A DNA stretch of 64,000 nt, from contig OZ024740.1 of assembly GCA_964016885.1 (NCBI GenBank), positions 50,592,001-50,656,000 on the forward strand, in the 5' to 3' direction. Below are positions 15,977 to 28,039 of this stretch, piece after piece (position 1 is the stretch's first letter; each line of letters starts with the position of its first letter). Source of the stretch: Eledone cirrhosa. Taxonomy: Eukaryota. A program made the position numbers and the translations under genes. The notes under the pieces are model-generated. The model did not search any database, was not told the origin of the DNA, and worked only from the letters and a program-made list of their open reading frames with translations.

Positions 15977-16072
15977 AAATGAAGTAATTCCGTCGGAAAG
16001 GTCCAGGAAAAAGAGTACTCTATGTAGGTTACAGAGCTTAATAGTTATGTAATAAACAACATAAGGTAATTA

Positions 16073-16133
16073 TTTCATTTACCAGTGGTTTCTTGAAAGT
16101 AAGCAAATTTTGCTTTCAATCATCAGAATGAAA
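16073..16133 (-). ncRNA. Solo type I hammerhead in a ~250-bp insert between TA tracts (Penelope pLTR/retrozyme remnant)
   Basis: Minus strand: tttcatt-CTGATGA-ttgaaag..13 nt..ctttcaa-GAAA-ccactgg-TA-aatgaaa, with 7-bp stems I and II. Confidence 0.85.
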
Positions 16134-16225
16134 AAATCCTGGTGTATTTATTGACATTGGATTTTAAAAACAAAAATATAATCTATATGAAAGTGAGGCT
16201 GGAAAAGGAAGAAGGAAAGGAATGT

Positions 16226-16265
<40 letters not shown>

Positions 16266-17529
16266 GTATATTTCACAGGTATAATGATGAAATAATAAAG
16301 ATTCTGACTCTCTTTGTAAAGGAAAAGCAATAACTGATTAAATTGAACCTAGAGATTACAGCATCATATTTATCTACCTTTATAGTTCCAATCACTATTA
16401 GGTTGATAAAATAAGTACCAGAAATATGCTGTAACTGATTCTATTAATTATATCCACTTACCTCAAAACTGGCCCTTCCTCTACATAATAAATCATTATT
16501 TTTTTACTCCTGCCATAGAAATAAAAATTGATATCAACCTTCATAGGAGTTGAACACAGAAGTATGGGACACAGCAACAAACTAAATATTAGAACATATT
16601 TAGTCAAACTCCAGCAAGGAATATGGCTGTTAAACACTAATGATGATGATTTAGTCAGAGTTTCTTGTACTTTCTCTCCACTAATTCACATTCATCCTTT
16701 TATATGAAAGATATGAGTAATCATGATTTCTTTTGTCTAGGCACAAGACTAATTTTGTTAGGGTAGGAGTTGCAGTAAAAATACTGTATTTTCCTGTGTA
16801 AAAGATGCACTTTAACAGCTAAATTTCCTTTCTCGTGTAGTCACATGACAGAATTTATATTCTCACCTTCATTTCTGAGATTTTATTAGTTCAACAGATC
16901 TTTAAATGGGGGAATGTGATGAGTTATAATCAAAGAATGTTTTAATATGAATATCTGGATCATGGACTTGATCCAAATGAATTAAGAAAACAGCTGTGTA
17001 GCAAGTAGTGTTATCAGCTAGTTTGCTGAACAAAAGTTTAAAAGGTATGGGGAAGTGGAAAATAATTAGATTAAGAGAATTAAATAAAAGAAGTTAGGAG
17101 AGGTAGTAGTTACAAAACTTAGATTCACCAGGTGGTTAGTATAATTATTAAAGTAGCATTTGTTATGAGAATAATCAAGCTTTTGGTTGATTAGATTATT
17201 CTATAGTAGTAATATTTTGAGAATAATCAATCTTCTGAAAAGCATTTAATATGTAATAAAAGACTGATAACTTTCAAAAAGCTGGTACAACATGGTAGAA
17301 AAATTCAAAGGGCAAATCATGACAAATAAAACAGAACAAAGTTATGTTTTACCCAGTGTATTTCAACATACATTGGGATAAACATTACTTCATTTGCCCT
17401 TTATATTTTTCTAGTGCACTTGAAAATTATTGTTTTTTTAAATTATATATCCCACAATGCTTCATATCAACTATACTGATTTAATATATGTTAAATCATA
17501 TTCAATATACTGTGTAAAACATTCTTCTT

Positions 17530-17900
17530 ATTCCTGTGAAGGTTGTGGGGGAAGAGTTCTCAAGCACTCCCTCCAGTGGGTCCTGTCAGAAGCAACCATC
17601 TCTAACTCATCCAACTGGATCCCCAAGCATGACCAGCCAAGCTCATGGATGTTATCCAACCATCTTGCTCAGGGTCTCTTGCCGGTTGGTTTTGCCTGTA
17701 AAATCTGTCCAGCAATTCTTTCCTGAGACATTCTAACCACATACCCATAGTATTGAACTTGTGATCTCTTAATTCAGAGAAGTAGCGGCTCTACCTGGAG
17801 TGACTCTTTGATCTCCGAGCTATACACTTTATCAAGTAACATTACTTTAAACACCCTTCAGAGGAACCCCATTTCAGCTGCTTGTATTCGTGATGTAAAA
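17530..17900 (-). mobile_element. Decayed 3' fragment of an RTE LINE (same family as 35300-36590)
   Basis: Reverse complement resembles 36215-36590 (ggacagattttacaggcaaaaccaac..; caagatggttggataacat). Confidence 0.75.
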
Positions 17901-18326
17901 CATTAATGATGAAAAATTATAACAATTTATTTTGAGACATATTATAGAATTTATACTGTTTATATATTCCATTCCCATATTTCTAATGGAAGACACTGCC
18001 TATGATTTTCAAATAATTTGGAAAATAATGAAGAATTTAATATTATTAAGCTAGTATTTGGAACATAGCTTAACATAGGTTCTTACATAAAATGACGATG
18101 GGAGATTTATAGATAAATATAACCACTTTAAAATAAACAGCTTAGTATCATAGAACTAGGGGTGGTTTCAGATAGCTTGGTATCAAAAAATTAAATGAAT
18201 GAAACAAAGTAATGAAATTTAAAAACAATTCTGTAGCCATTTCAATATTTGGGAAATATGTATCCCAGTTGTGCTGTGTGTATATTGGTTTTTAGAATAG
18301 GTACACCATATCCCTGTATGTCATAA

Positions 18327-18446
18327 GATGGTTGGCATTAGGAAGGGCATTCTGCTGAAAAACATTGCTTCAAAATATGTCATCCAAAGTATGCCAACAT
18401 GGAAAAGTGGATGTAAAAAGAATGGTGAGGGTGGGGATGATGATGT
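18327..18446 (+). mobile_element. RTE 3'-terminus fragment
   Basis: ggttggcattaggaagggcat...catggaaaagtggatgtaaa...gatgatgatg matches the 3' UTR of the 860-3571 LINE. Confidence 0.65.
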
Positions 18447-19069
18447 TTACAGAAGGATGATAAAGATGTGTATTTATTATTTCCAATATTTTTGTTTTAT
18501 GTTAATTCAAGACAATGAGATTAGTATGATTGTGAAGAATCAAGCAAGTTGTAAACTGTTATTGTGAAAAATTGCAGCAGCATGCAAGTGATAAATTTGT
18601 AGGAATATTAGGAATTATTAAACAGGATGTGATTGTGTGTTTGTTTTTTGGCTTAACTCTATCAAAGAGTAATAGGGCAGGGAGTGATAACAATAAAGAA
18701 CGTTATTGTGGTCAGCTGCAGTCAGCCAAATGATTGTCTGCTAAGTATCTGCCTGTCTCTGTCTTGAACAGTCAGCATGTTTGCCTTTCATCCTTACGGG
18801 GTCGATAAAATAAAGTACCAGTAATGCACTGGGTAATTGCTGGCCTTGTGCCTAAAGTAGAAACAATTATTGTAGATGGTTAGATGTCCTTTGTGGCACC
18901 AACATGTTTTCAAGTATAGTAATTGAAATCACTCATCACCCATTGAACCTAAATTGTGACACAAACACCACTGCCTATACAAGCAATGTTGAATGTGAAG
19001 AAATATATATATATACATACAATACTACCAAATTCCACTCAAGGAATTGATCGGTTTGAGTAGAAGATT

Positions 19070-19258
19070 GTGGATTGGCAGTACCGGTAGAATGTCAGAC
19101 ACTATGCTTTGCAGCGTAGAGTTGTGACCCTTTATGTTCTGAGTTGAAATCCTGCTGAGGTTAAGTTTGCCTTTCATCTCTATGGGGTCGATAAAATAAA
19201 GCACCAGTAATGCACTGGGGTAATAGCTGGCCTTGTGCCAAAAACAGAAACAATTATT
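19070..19258 (+). mobile_element. tRNA-derived SINE (a 3' half copy also at ~18780-18870)
   Basis: A-box-like tggcagtaccggt, B-box-like gagttgaaatc, core ctttcatc..ggggtcgataaaataaag, tail ggccttgtgcc..gaaacaattatt. Confidence 0.85.
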
Positions 19259-19436
19259 GTAGCTGGTTGACAGTTTTCCTCAGTTATTCTCAAAAAGTGC
19301 AAAGTTTTGATCCAAAACCTGTGAAAGTCATGTAGAAGACAAGAAAGATGGTTGCAAAGAAAACATTGTTGAAAATGAGAAACAGCATGACTTGCTACAA
19401 ATATAAGCAGCATGATATACATATAAATACTTATAT

Positions 19437-19735
19437 GCATCCAGTACACCCTGCATAGTGATAGTCCTGGTGCCACAACAACAAAAGCACCTAATCTACC
19501 CTGTAAGGTGGTTGTGCTGGTGACAAGACAAAAAGCATCCAGTTCACCTTATTAGGTGGTCATACTGGTACTTTGATGAAACAGTACCCAGTCTCCTCTG
19601 TTAGGTGGTTGTTCTGGTGCCATGATCTAGAGCATCCAGTCCACATTAATGCGGTTGGCATTAAGAAGGGCATCCAGCTGTAGAAACCAAACCACCAAAG
19701 ATCAGATCCATATGAGCAAGACCTGGTCACCTGAC
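19437..19735 (+). mobile_element. RTE 3'-UTR-derived element with ~5 degenerate ~48-bp sub-repeats
   Basis: Repeated aaagca(c/t)ccagt..ctgtaaggtggt units followed by ggttggcattaagaagggcatccagctgtagaaacc. Confidence 0.7.
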
Positions 19736-20705
19736 TATATATATATATACAAGGCGCATCAGGTATTTGAGAACATAACTTTGGAAAATCATAAGTGACC
19801 CAAACTTTAACTAATATTTTCTCTTTTGTTCAGCCCCAGTGGAAAGCTTCAAATTTGCTGCAAGAAATGAAAGGCATGCTGTTCTTGTTGTCTTATCTAC
19901 CAACCACAGAGATTTGAAGATTGGTGTCTTCTTGAATGTTTACAAGTCCTTCATGTTTAAAATCACAAAAAGAGCTGATCTCTGATGGAAACATATCTTC
20001 ATTGGCCAAAATAAAACATTTTCAATGTTCAGTCATTAGGGTAGCTGAGTTTAACTAGAAAAACCAAAAAAATCTCCAACCTCAACAATTTGATGACTGA
20101 TATTGACAAATATGATGACAGATATGATGGAATTCACAATCAGATCTGTGATGTATGAACACATGTGGGATGCACATGTCCAATAGGACTTAGAAATGCT
20201 TGCTGAACAAGTTCAAGCATTTCCATTCAATAATTTCCTTGGCTTTGTGGCCAGTGTGAGGGCTCTCCACAATAGCAGTTCGATGATTGTATTCTGAAGA
20301 TATGTTGTGTTTCAATGGCCAGATAGTTATTGAGGTAGGTGCTCTCAAAACCTTGCTATGCTGTGACATCGCACTGTATACATTTATTAAGGCTAAATTG
20401 TGAATCTTGTTACTCCAGAGTTTCACCTGCTTATCACAGGATCATCCCTTTTACAATCTGGAGATGTGGTCAATACTGGGCCTTGAAACCTTATATAGTG
20501 CTTTTTTTCCATGTATGAACATAAATAAATAATATAATATATCAGCTATTATACCTGTTGAGCACTGTTTACCTTTTTCCTTTTTCACACCTACAGATAT
20601 ATTTCCAAGAGATGTCTACATGAATGGACCTGTTATTTTTATCTAAAGACATTTTTTCCAATTCCAACCCACCCATCCCTTCAATCTATCTTATTTGTCA
20701 TTCTT

Positions 20706-20741
20706 TCTTCTGATGAAAGACTAGCGTCTGAAACGTCAAGA
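20706..20741 (+). ncRNA. Solo minimal type I hammerhead (Penelope-type pLTR remnant)
   Basis: tctt-CTGATGA-a-agac-tagc-gtct-GAAA-cg-TC-aaga; palindromic ACGT stem III, GUC triplet. Confidence 0.85.
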
Positions 20742-21359
20742 CCCGCTTCCTGTTATTTCAAGCATTAACCTAATATATTCCTTTCATATACTGTACCGAT
20801 TGTGTTGTTATTTCTGCTTACCTTTTACATACACACATACACACACACACATATATATATATATGAAAAATGATAACGATTTGAAAAAAGCACCTAATGT
20901 GTTTTCATTTTATATACATATCACATGTATAGTACACAACAAAAACATTTTTCTTACATCAAAAGGAAAAGTTTTTCTACTTACATGTTACGGGTATAGT
21001 ACACAGTGAAAACATTTTATTTTACATAAAAAAGAATAGTTTTTGTACTTTTGAAACAGCTTTTCAAAAGACTCATGTTTAATTTATTAGTTTCCTAGTT
21101 GAAAACTGACCAGGTTGACTTCACTGGATTATTCTTTATATTAATAAGTGTCCTTATTTATATTATATTGTGAAGAAGACCCACCTTTGCAGAAGACTCA
21201 CCTTCCCATGTACACAGAATGTAACAAACATGTGGGGACCATTAGTTTGCACCAATCACTCCACCATACACCTTCTCCCTTCTTAATGCTCCTCCCACAT
21301 TAACTAAGTATTTACTCCTCCATCTCCATCCTGAATACTTGTGGCTGAACTGGTTACAT

Positions 21360-21655
21360 GGCAGAAAGCACCTGGTCTGCCCTTTAATGTGGTCGTGCTG
21401 GTATCTTGACAAAAAAAGCATCTAGTCCACCCTATTATGTGGTCATCGTGCTGGTGACATGACAAAAAAAGCACCTAGCCCATAATGTAAGATAGTTAGC
21501 ATTAGGAAAGGCTTCCAGCCATAGGAACCAAGCCCAAAACAGATCCGTATGTGCAAGATATGGTTACCTGACCTGGCTAGCCTCATAACATGACAACCTG
21601 TCTAACCATGCAAGTGATGGTGATGATGATCAGGATGATGAAGATGATGATGACA
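21360..21655 (+). mobile_element. RTE 3'-UTR-derived element with ~3 sub-repeats and (GAT)n tail
   Basis: aaagcacct/aaagcatct sub-repeats, then ttagcattaggaaaggcttccagcc and gatgatgat. Confidence 0.65.
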
Positions 21656-22669
21656 AACATTTTAAAACAAACTGTTTTAAGATCATAGAACCATGGGGTA
21701 GTTTCAGGCAATTTGGTAATGAAAAGCTAAGATATTCTCTTATCAAGTTGTAATCAGCTTGGTGATACATTGACTCCTACATTCAGAGATGGAGTACAGC
21801 AGTACCTTTACAACACAACTGTGTTTACCAGGTATTCCATTGTGAAGTTCCATAAATTGTTAGTGATCCGCTGCTAGTTAGAACATTTGATTACTGAAAA
21901 CTTAGAGGGGTTGTTTTATTAGCCTCTTTGTCATCCATTACCAGACCTGTCAACTCCCTCTGACTGATGGGAAGATCTCCCACCCATGTTGAGGTGGGTG
22001 AGATCTTCTGAAAATGGGTATAGCTTTCATTATGTAAAATCTCTCCATTTTGCCTCATTACTCTCAATTTTTTTCATGGTGCACCCCATTTGGGTTTTTA
22101 GAGGTTGGTAGGTCTGCATTACCATCTTTTCCTCTCTATCATTTGTCAGCTCTTATTTGGAATAACTGCTCTCATAGCCAGATAGCCTGATTCAACTATA
22201 TTATCATTCAAATATACTATCTTGCACTTCTCTATTTATTCAAGTATAACTGCTTTACTGATACATTTACTTGCTAATAAAAATAAACATGGGTGAATAA
22301 TGATCTATTCAACTAGAAAATAATAATATAATATGGTTGGTTAAGCATTTTGAACAAGCTAAAAATGTTTCCATGCTTGTCTACTATTCACATGTATTGC
22401 TGTTGTACTGAAATTTATTATTAATATCATCATCATCATCATCATACACCATACACCTGTTTTTCCCCGATTGGATGGATCCTCTTCAGTACAGCAACTC
22501 TCCACTCAACACATTATTTATATATATAAAGTGCATGTGTTTGTAGAATGCTCAGAACATTCCTGATAATTTCATATGTACAAAACAATTCTAATCCTGT
22601 AGAATTTTTAGGAGATTAGTATCGGTGTACATATATGCATTATCAGAAATGACAATAAATGCCGGTGTG

Positions 22670-23036
22670 TGTTGTGACAAGGTTTTACAGAAGTCAAATG
22701 GATTAATATAAATAAATGGTTACCCGTTGGTCACAACTCCTAGGCTGAAGTGTGTGGAGAAGAACAGAGATCTTCTCTTGGAGATGTTAACATCTTCTTA
22801 GGCTGCCGGTGGCATTCTTCTTGAGTGGCGAAGGAAATGAGAGAGGAGTCATCTCATGACAAGGTCGCAGGTGTTGTTAACACTTTGGGATTCAGGAGGC
22901 GAGAAAGTGAGATCGCCCTGACCTGTCCCTTTTATAGGGTCTCCGGACGGAAGTGACAAAAAGGATTCTGCCACCCCAACGGGAAGTAACTCCAGCTACT
23001 TCCTGTCTAGAGAGCGGTGATGTGATTGTCATAACA
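22670..23036 (-). mobile_element. Possible solo LTR
   Basis: TG..CA termini with an 11-bp near-perfect inverted repeat (tgttgtgacaa/ttgtcataaca), CTATAAAA on the minus strand near 22931-22938, higher GC than the flanks; no TSD seen. Confidence 0.35.
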
Positions 23037-23109
23037 AGGGAGGCAACTCTTGCTACAAATTCTATAAAATATATATATATAGTAGTGTAGTTAATACGAA
23101 GCATTGTGA

Positions 23110-23960
23110 GATATGTAATAAAACAAGCGATCAGAGTTTTCTTCCCTAACTAGTCTACGTATTTGCAAAATGCATGTGCATGCATGGGGTCACTACAGTA
23201 ACCATTCTGCCTCATGGATTTCTTTACTATTATTTATCCCTGGTTTTGTTCCGCTGATAAATATAGCCTCTTTAATCCTTAAGTTGCCTATATTCCTTTC
23301 AGTCAACTTTATGGTGACCTCAATATCTTGGCTGCGGCATCTGTCAAGATTTTTTTTAATCGAAGAGGTTCTCATTGTCATGTGCTCCTTGGTCTGTATG
23401 CGTAGCCTCCTTATGATACTTCTGATGTATGAGAAGCTACATTTTTTGTGCATGATCTTATACACCACATATGCTCTCATACACATTTCTGCATTGTTGA
23501 TGGGACAATTTAGAAGTGTGCACATATTGCTGTATGTAGATTGGTGTCTGTGGAGCTGTCTTCTCAATGAGGGTCTTATGTGTACCAGCCATATATTCAT
23601 CCCTCCCTACAGATGGCTTGTCTAATAGCAGCTGTCATCTCATTGAAATGTGATAGCTTTAGGTAACATATGCTATCCTTAGGGGTGCGTGTCCTTGTTC
23701 TTTTAAATGTTGCTGCCTTGGAATTTTGATGTTTGGCAAGAGAAATAGGGTAGCCATTTTCAGTGAGAACTCTTTGGAATTCCACTGTGCCGGTATGTCT
23801 GTTGCTACCCTCACTGCATCTGTTGCATATTTGGGAGATCTCATTTCGTATATAGGCCATTTTAGCTCAGTGGGGAAGGGCGGATTCATGGTGCGCAAAA
23901 ATGTCTCTGCAGCCATCCATCCTTCCAGTAAATTTGGTGTATATATGGATATCTCCTTTG
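23110..23960 (-). pseudogene. Decayed Penelope-like element: RT C-terminal region plus GIY-YIG endonuclease
   Basis: Fragments ..VLTENGYP.. and ..VVYKIMHKKCSFSYIRSIIRRLRIQTKEH..LRIKEAIFISGTKPGIN.. match the PLE pattern VVY.I.C..C...YIG.T.R.L..R..EH ... EA..I....P..N; stops and frameshifts present. Confidence 0.85.
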
Positions 23961-24011
23961 TGACTCGTAGTATATATCTATGTAATCATTTATATATTAT
24001 AAGTAGTAGTA

Positions 24012-24312
24012 AAGGTGGTGGATTGGCAGTAGAGCATGAGACAACATGCTTTGCAGCATATAGTTATGTCCCTTTACATCCTGAGTTAAAATCCTGCCAA
24101 GGTTAACTTTGCCTTTCGTCATTACGGGGTTGATAAAATAAAGTACCAGTAATGAACTGTGGTCGATGTATAGAACTTTCTCCCTTACCAGAAATTTCTG
24201 GGCTTGTGCCTATAGTAAGAATCATTATTATTAGCATCCAGTCATGCACTGGGGTTGATTTAATCGACTTCCCCCAAATTGCTGGCCTTGTGCCTATATA
24301 AGAAACCATTAT
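24012..24312 (+). mobile_element. tRNA-derived SINE with duplicated 3' part
   Basis: Same head and core as 19070; the tail module occurs at ~24150-24230 and again at ~24240-24312. Confidence 0.8.
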
Positions 24313-24329
24313 TAGCATCTATCGATCTC

Positions 24330-25475
24330 AAAAGACTATGGATTTGCACCTGGAGAATTTTGTTTCAGCTGCTGATGGTGGTGCAGCATCTGCTGTGGCT
24401 GTACAGGCCCATATGGGAGTAATAATCTCGTACATTTGAAGACTCTCTCCTCCAGAGATACTCTATTTTCCTTCCTTCTCAGCAGCAAGCTTCCATTTCT
24501 CTTCCCCTCCTCTTGCTCCACCACCTTGTGTAATATTTGTCTCCAGTGTGAGTGATCATTTGTGATCTCTTTCCATCTCTGGACATTCAGATCTATTGAC
24601 TTCATATCCCACTTGCAAACATCTCTGAAATGAAGATGAAGTCACCCTCGTGTTCTCATGCCAATAGCCAGTTCTCCATACAGTAGATCTTTTGGGATCC
24701 TCCTGTCTGCTTGATGCCTTAGCTAAGTATGTTAGTTTTTTTCAGACTAATGGTCAGGTTCAATTCCTGATAGACCCTTGAGAGTTTGTCCATAAGGTGC
24801 TGCATCTACTTCTCAGAGTGTGCTGCCAAACAGCATTTCTCTAATATTGAACCCTAGATTTTGCCTTCTGCCTTGACAGATTAAACAACTTCCTGTCCAA
24901 TCTGGTGTGGAGGTAGACACCTTCAATCAACATTCCAAATGCATGTTTCAGCATGACTATGTGAAAGATACCAAAATGGGTTGGGGCAAGCATACAGCCT
25001 TGCTTCACAAAGCTACAGATGTTAAAAACCTCTGAAAAGAGCCATCAAATTAAACAACCATATGAAATGATTGGACTATCCAGAGAAGTCTTGGAAGACA
25101 ACCAATCTTGGCAAAGATTTTGAACAGGTTGTTCTAACTAGATTGAATGCCTTTGTGCAGTCAATGAAGGTGATGTAGAATAGTTACCCTTGCTCTCAGA
25201 ACTTCTCTTGTGGCTATCAAAGGGAGAAAGTCATGTTGATGATGGAACGTTCTGACCTGAAACCACACTGAGATTTGGGGTATACTCTCTGAGTGATTTT
25301 CTGTAGTCTGTTCAGGACCACATGGGTGAAGACCTTCCCAATGATGCTTAGCAGTGAAATGCCTCGGTAGCTATTACAGTCTCTTCTGTACCCTTTGTTC
25401 TTATAGAGGGTAACAATGATGCAGTCCAATGTTATAGCCAACCTTGTTCTGGCAACTCCTGCAGTATCACCAGTG
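24330..25475 (-). mobile_element. Old decayed RTE (BovB-like) LINE fragment
   Basis: IIVTLYKNKG.RRDCNSYRGISLLSIIGKVF..QCGFRSERS, remnants of the VKQGC..APT.F motif and a C-terminal region; many stops. Confidence 0.8.
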
Positions 25476-25479
25476 CTAA

Positions 25480-26409
25480 GTTGTATCAAGCTAGAGAATA
25501 AATTCTGGCTATGGAAACAGCAGTTGGAATCAAGAGGACTGAGAGTGAACATAGCTAAGACAAAAGTGTTGATAAGTAGAAGAGATGACAATACTCCGAT
25601 TCCATCAGGGAAATGGCCAAGTTCGATATGTAGGAAAGGAACTGGCATACATTCCACAAAATATTTGCAATGCAGATCTTGGGTACACAAGAGATATAGT
25701 GGGATAGCAGGCAAACTAACAGGTAGGGAAAACTATGTATGCAGTAGATGTACAGGGAAAGTTGGCAGTAGTAATCGCAGTGATAGACACATTTTTCCAA
25801 TGCAGGTGGGTTCTATAGAAGTGGTTGATAGCTTCTGGTACCTAGGTGATCAGATTACCATGGGAGGGGGTGTTCCGGGGCCATAGTATCTAGAATAAGG
25901 ACGAGTTGGAAGAAGTTTAGGGAGCTGCTTCCTCTGTTGACAAAGAAGGGTTTCTCTCTGCATATGAAAGGACGGTTATATGATGCCTGTGTGAGATGTG
26001 CGATGCTGCATGGTAGTGAGACATGGGCAGCAACTGCAGAGGATATACGACAGCTGGAGAGAAATGAAGCAAGCATGCTCCGTTGGATGTGCAATGTCAA
26101 TGTACGTGAATAATCAAGCATACATTAGTTGAGAAAGGAACTGGGTATAAGAGGGATAAGTTGTGGGGTGCAGGAGAGAAGACTGAGATGGTATGGAGGG
26201 TAAAGAAGTGCCAAGAATACCCAGTAGAAGGAAAACGCAGTAGAGGAAGACCACGAAAAACATGGGCGGAGGTGGTGAGAGCAAACCTCAGATCGCTGAA
26301 GCTCACAGAGGAGATGACGAAGGACCGTGACAAGTGGAGAGATGCTGTGCTGAATAAGACCCGTCCCACCCTTGCAAGCAGGGAAAAGCGGACGTAAAAT
26401 GATGATGAT
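25480..26409 (+). mobile_element. 5'-truncated decayed RTE LINE of the PHD-finger type
   Basis: LESRGLRVNIAKTKVL, GKWPSSICRKG..WVHKR, FWYLGD, GRPRKTW, end gcagggaaaagcggacgtaaaatgatgatgat. Confidence 0.88.
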
Positions 26410-26684
26410 ATATATATATATATAAATATATATATATATTATAATATATGTAAATCGAACTTTCTCTGCAGTACAGCAAGTACAATTCGATTTGTTTTGA
26501 GGCAATCAAAGAGCACTCAATAAATCGAAAGTTAAAAATAAACATTAAGTCCAGAGTGAAACACCATAGTTATAAAATGTGACACTAAGAGAACCGACCG
26601 AAGGCACAAACTATACATACAACAAAATAAGGATATATCCTTTTTTTTTTTTTTTTTAAATTCCATGTGTCTAACACACATGGG

Positions 26685-27010
26685 GATGCCTATAAAGTCA
26701 GAAAATAGCACAGCCCCCATGACTTTTTGAAACATTTTTTCACGCTTAGAGTTGCTGAAGCAAGGAACAAAATACCTGCATCAGTTGTAACTGCCAAGAC
26801 ACTGCATCCTTTAAAACTTCCATGCTACCTGAAATTCGCCAAAGCTATACCTGATGTCCCTCCTCCATATGCACCCACACATGTATATCATGACTCATAC
26901 ACTGTTCACTTTCTTGACATTAGTACATTATTCTATGTATTATATAAGCACCTTTGATGAGTTGTAGTGCACCTGAGCACTGTACACAATAATTTCATTA
27001 TATTATATTA
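26685..27010 (+). mobile_element. CR1/L2-group LINE 3' end (its tail also occurs inverted at ~30172-30260)
   Basis: HFFTLRVAEARNKIPASVV resembles the CR1 C-terminal FF..RV...WN.LP motif; (ATT)n tail; gttgtagtgcacctgagcactgtacacaataat is reverse-complemented at ~30187-30220. Confidence 0.7.
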
Positions 27011-28039
27011 TACAAAAAGATTTTTCATACCTGGACCATCTCCAATTGATTAAAATCAATATAATTGATAAAATCTCAGATAGGTTTCTGGAACCCCTGG
27101 AAGTTATATATAATGCACAAGTAATACATATACAGAAAATACATGTGTACTTCCATGTTTGAACTGGAGTTCCTTCATCTGCAGGTTTCTTCCATTTAAA
27201 AAAAATCTCGACTGTACTACAGAATTTTACACTGCCTGTAGCAGTGTGTGACCTTACTCAAAGGAGGAAGTCAACTAGTTTAAATTTTTTCATGTGAGAG
27301 AACAAAAGAATTCTCAGAGCCTCAAAAACCAAAGCTCTCACTCAACTAGAGTTTGTAAACGAAAGATGACTAAATATAACTAGATCGCCATCGTCATCAA
27401 CTCTCTTATATATATATAAAAGCGTTTATTTTCCATGTAGGCATGGATCGGACAAGACTCTTTCGAGGGAGTATTCATACCAACTTTTACTATAATAAGT
27501 ATTTCTTGCCTCTCTACAAAAATAATCTGGATGAATCATTCGAAATTGGCATTTTTAACATTCTTCATAATTAAAAATAAAATATTGAAATTCAAGGACA
27601 GTGTATTTCATTAGAAATATAGCCACAAAAATGAGTTAAGCCATATATTGGCAGTGGTATATGGCAGGAACAGTAGGTTGTTACATTATCATCTGTCTAA
27701 ATTTGATGGAGATCTCACTGGGATTGACAGTCTGTGTCTTTATAGCTCCTGAATGTCATGTGAATAAAATAAATACTCTTAATATAGTGTGGAGGATTCA
27801 ATTTACTTTTCTTTACAAAAATTCTCATTGTACTCTATCAAAGTCTTTTTTGGTTAGCCATACATCTATATGTAATTAAACTTAATCATTATTAACCTTT
27901 TTGATGATACTGAACCATCTGAAACTGCTTCTGTTTGTATGATACAAAACTGTTTGATATAAAGTATTTATATTTATCTTAACTATTTCCATCACAATTT
28001 TAATCTTTGTTATGTTTCAAACACTTCAACTTAATAATA

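Noticed and set aside
16781-16811. Possible CpG-decayed pogo/Tc1-like terminal repeat (tactgtattttcctgtgtaaaagatgcac)
   Set aside because: No matching opposite terminus or transposase remnant found.
19070-19160. tRNA gene
   Set aside because: The A/B boxes belong to a multi-copy SINE head; no cloverleaf can be formed.
22455-22495. Minus-strand CTGAAGA...GAAA hammerhead-like spacing
   Set aside because: Stems I-III do not pair convincingly.
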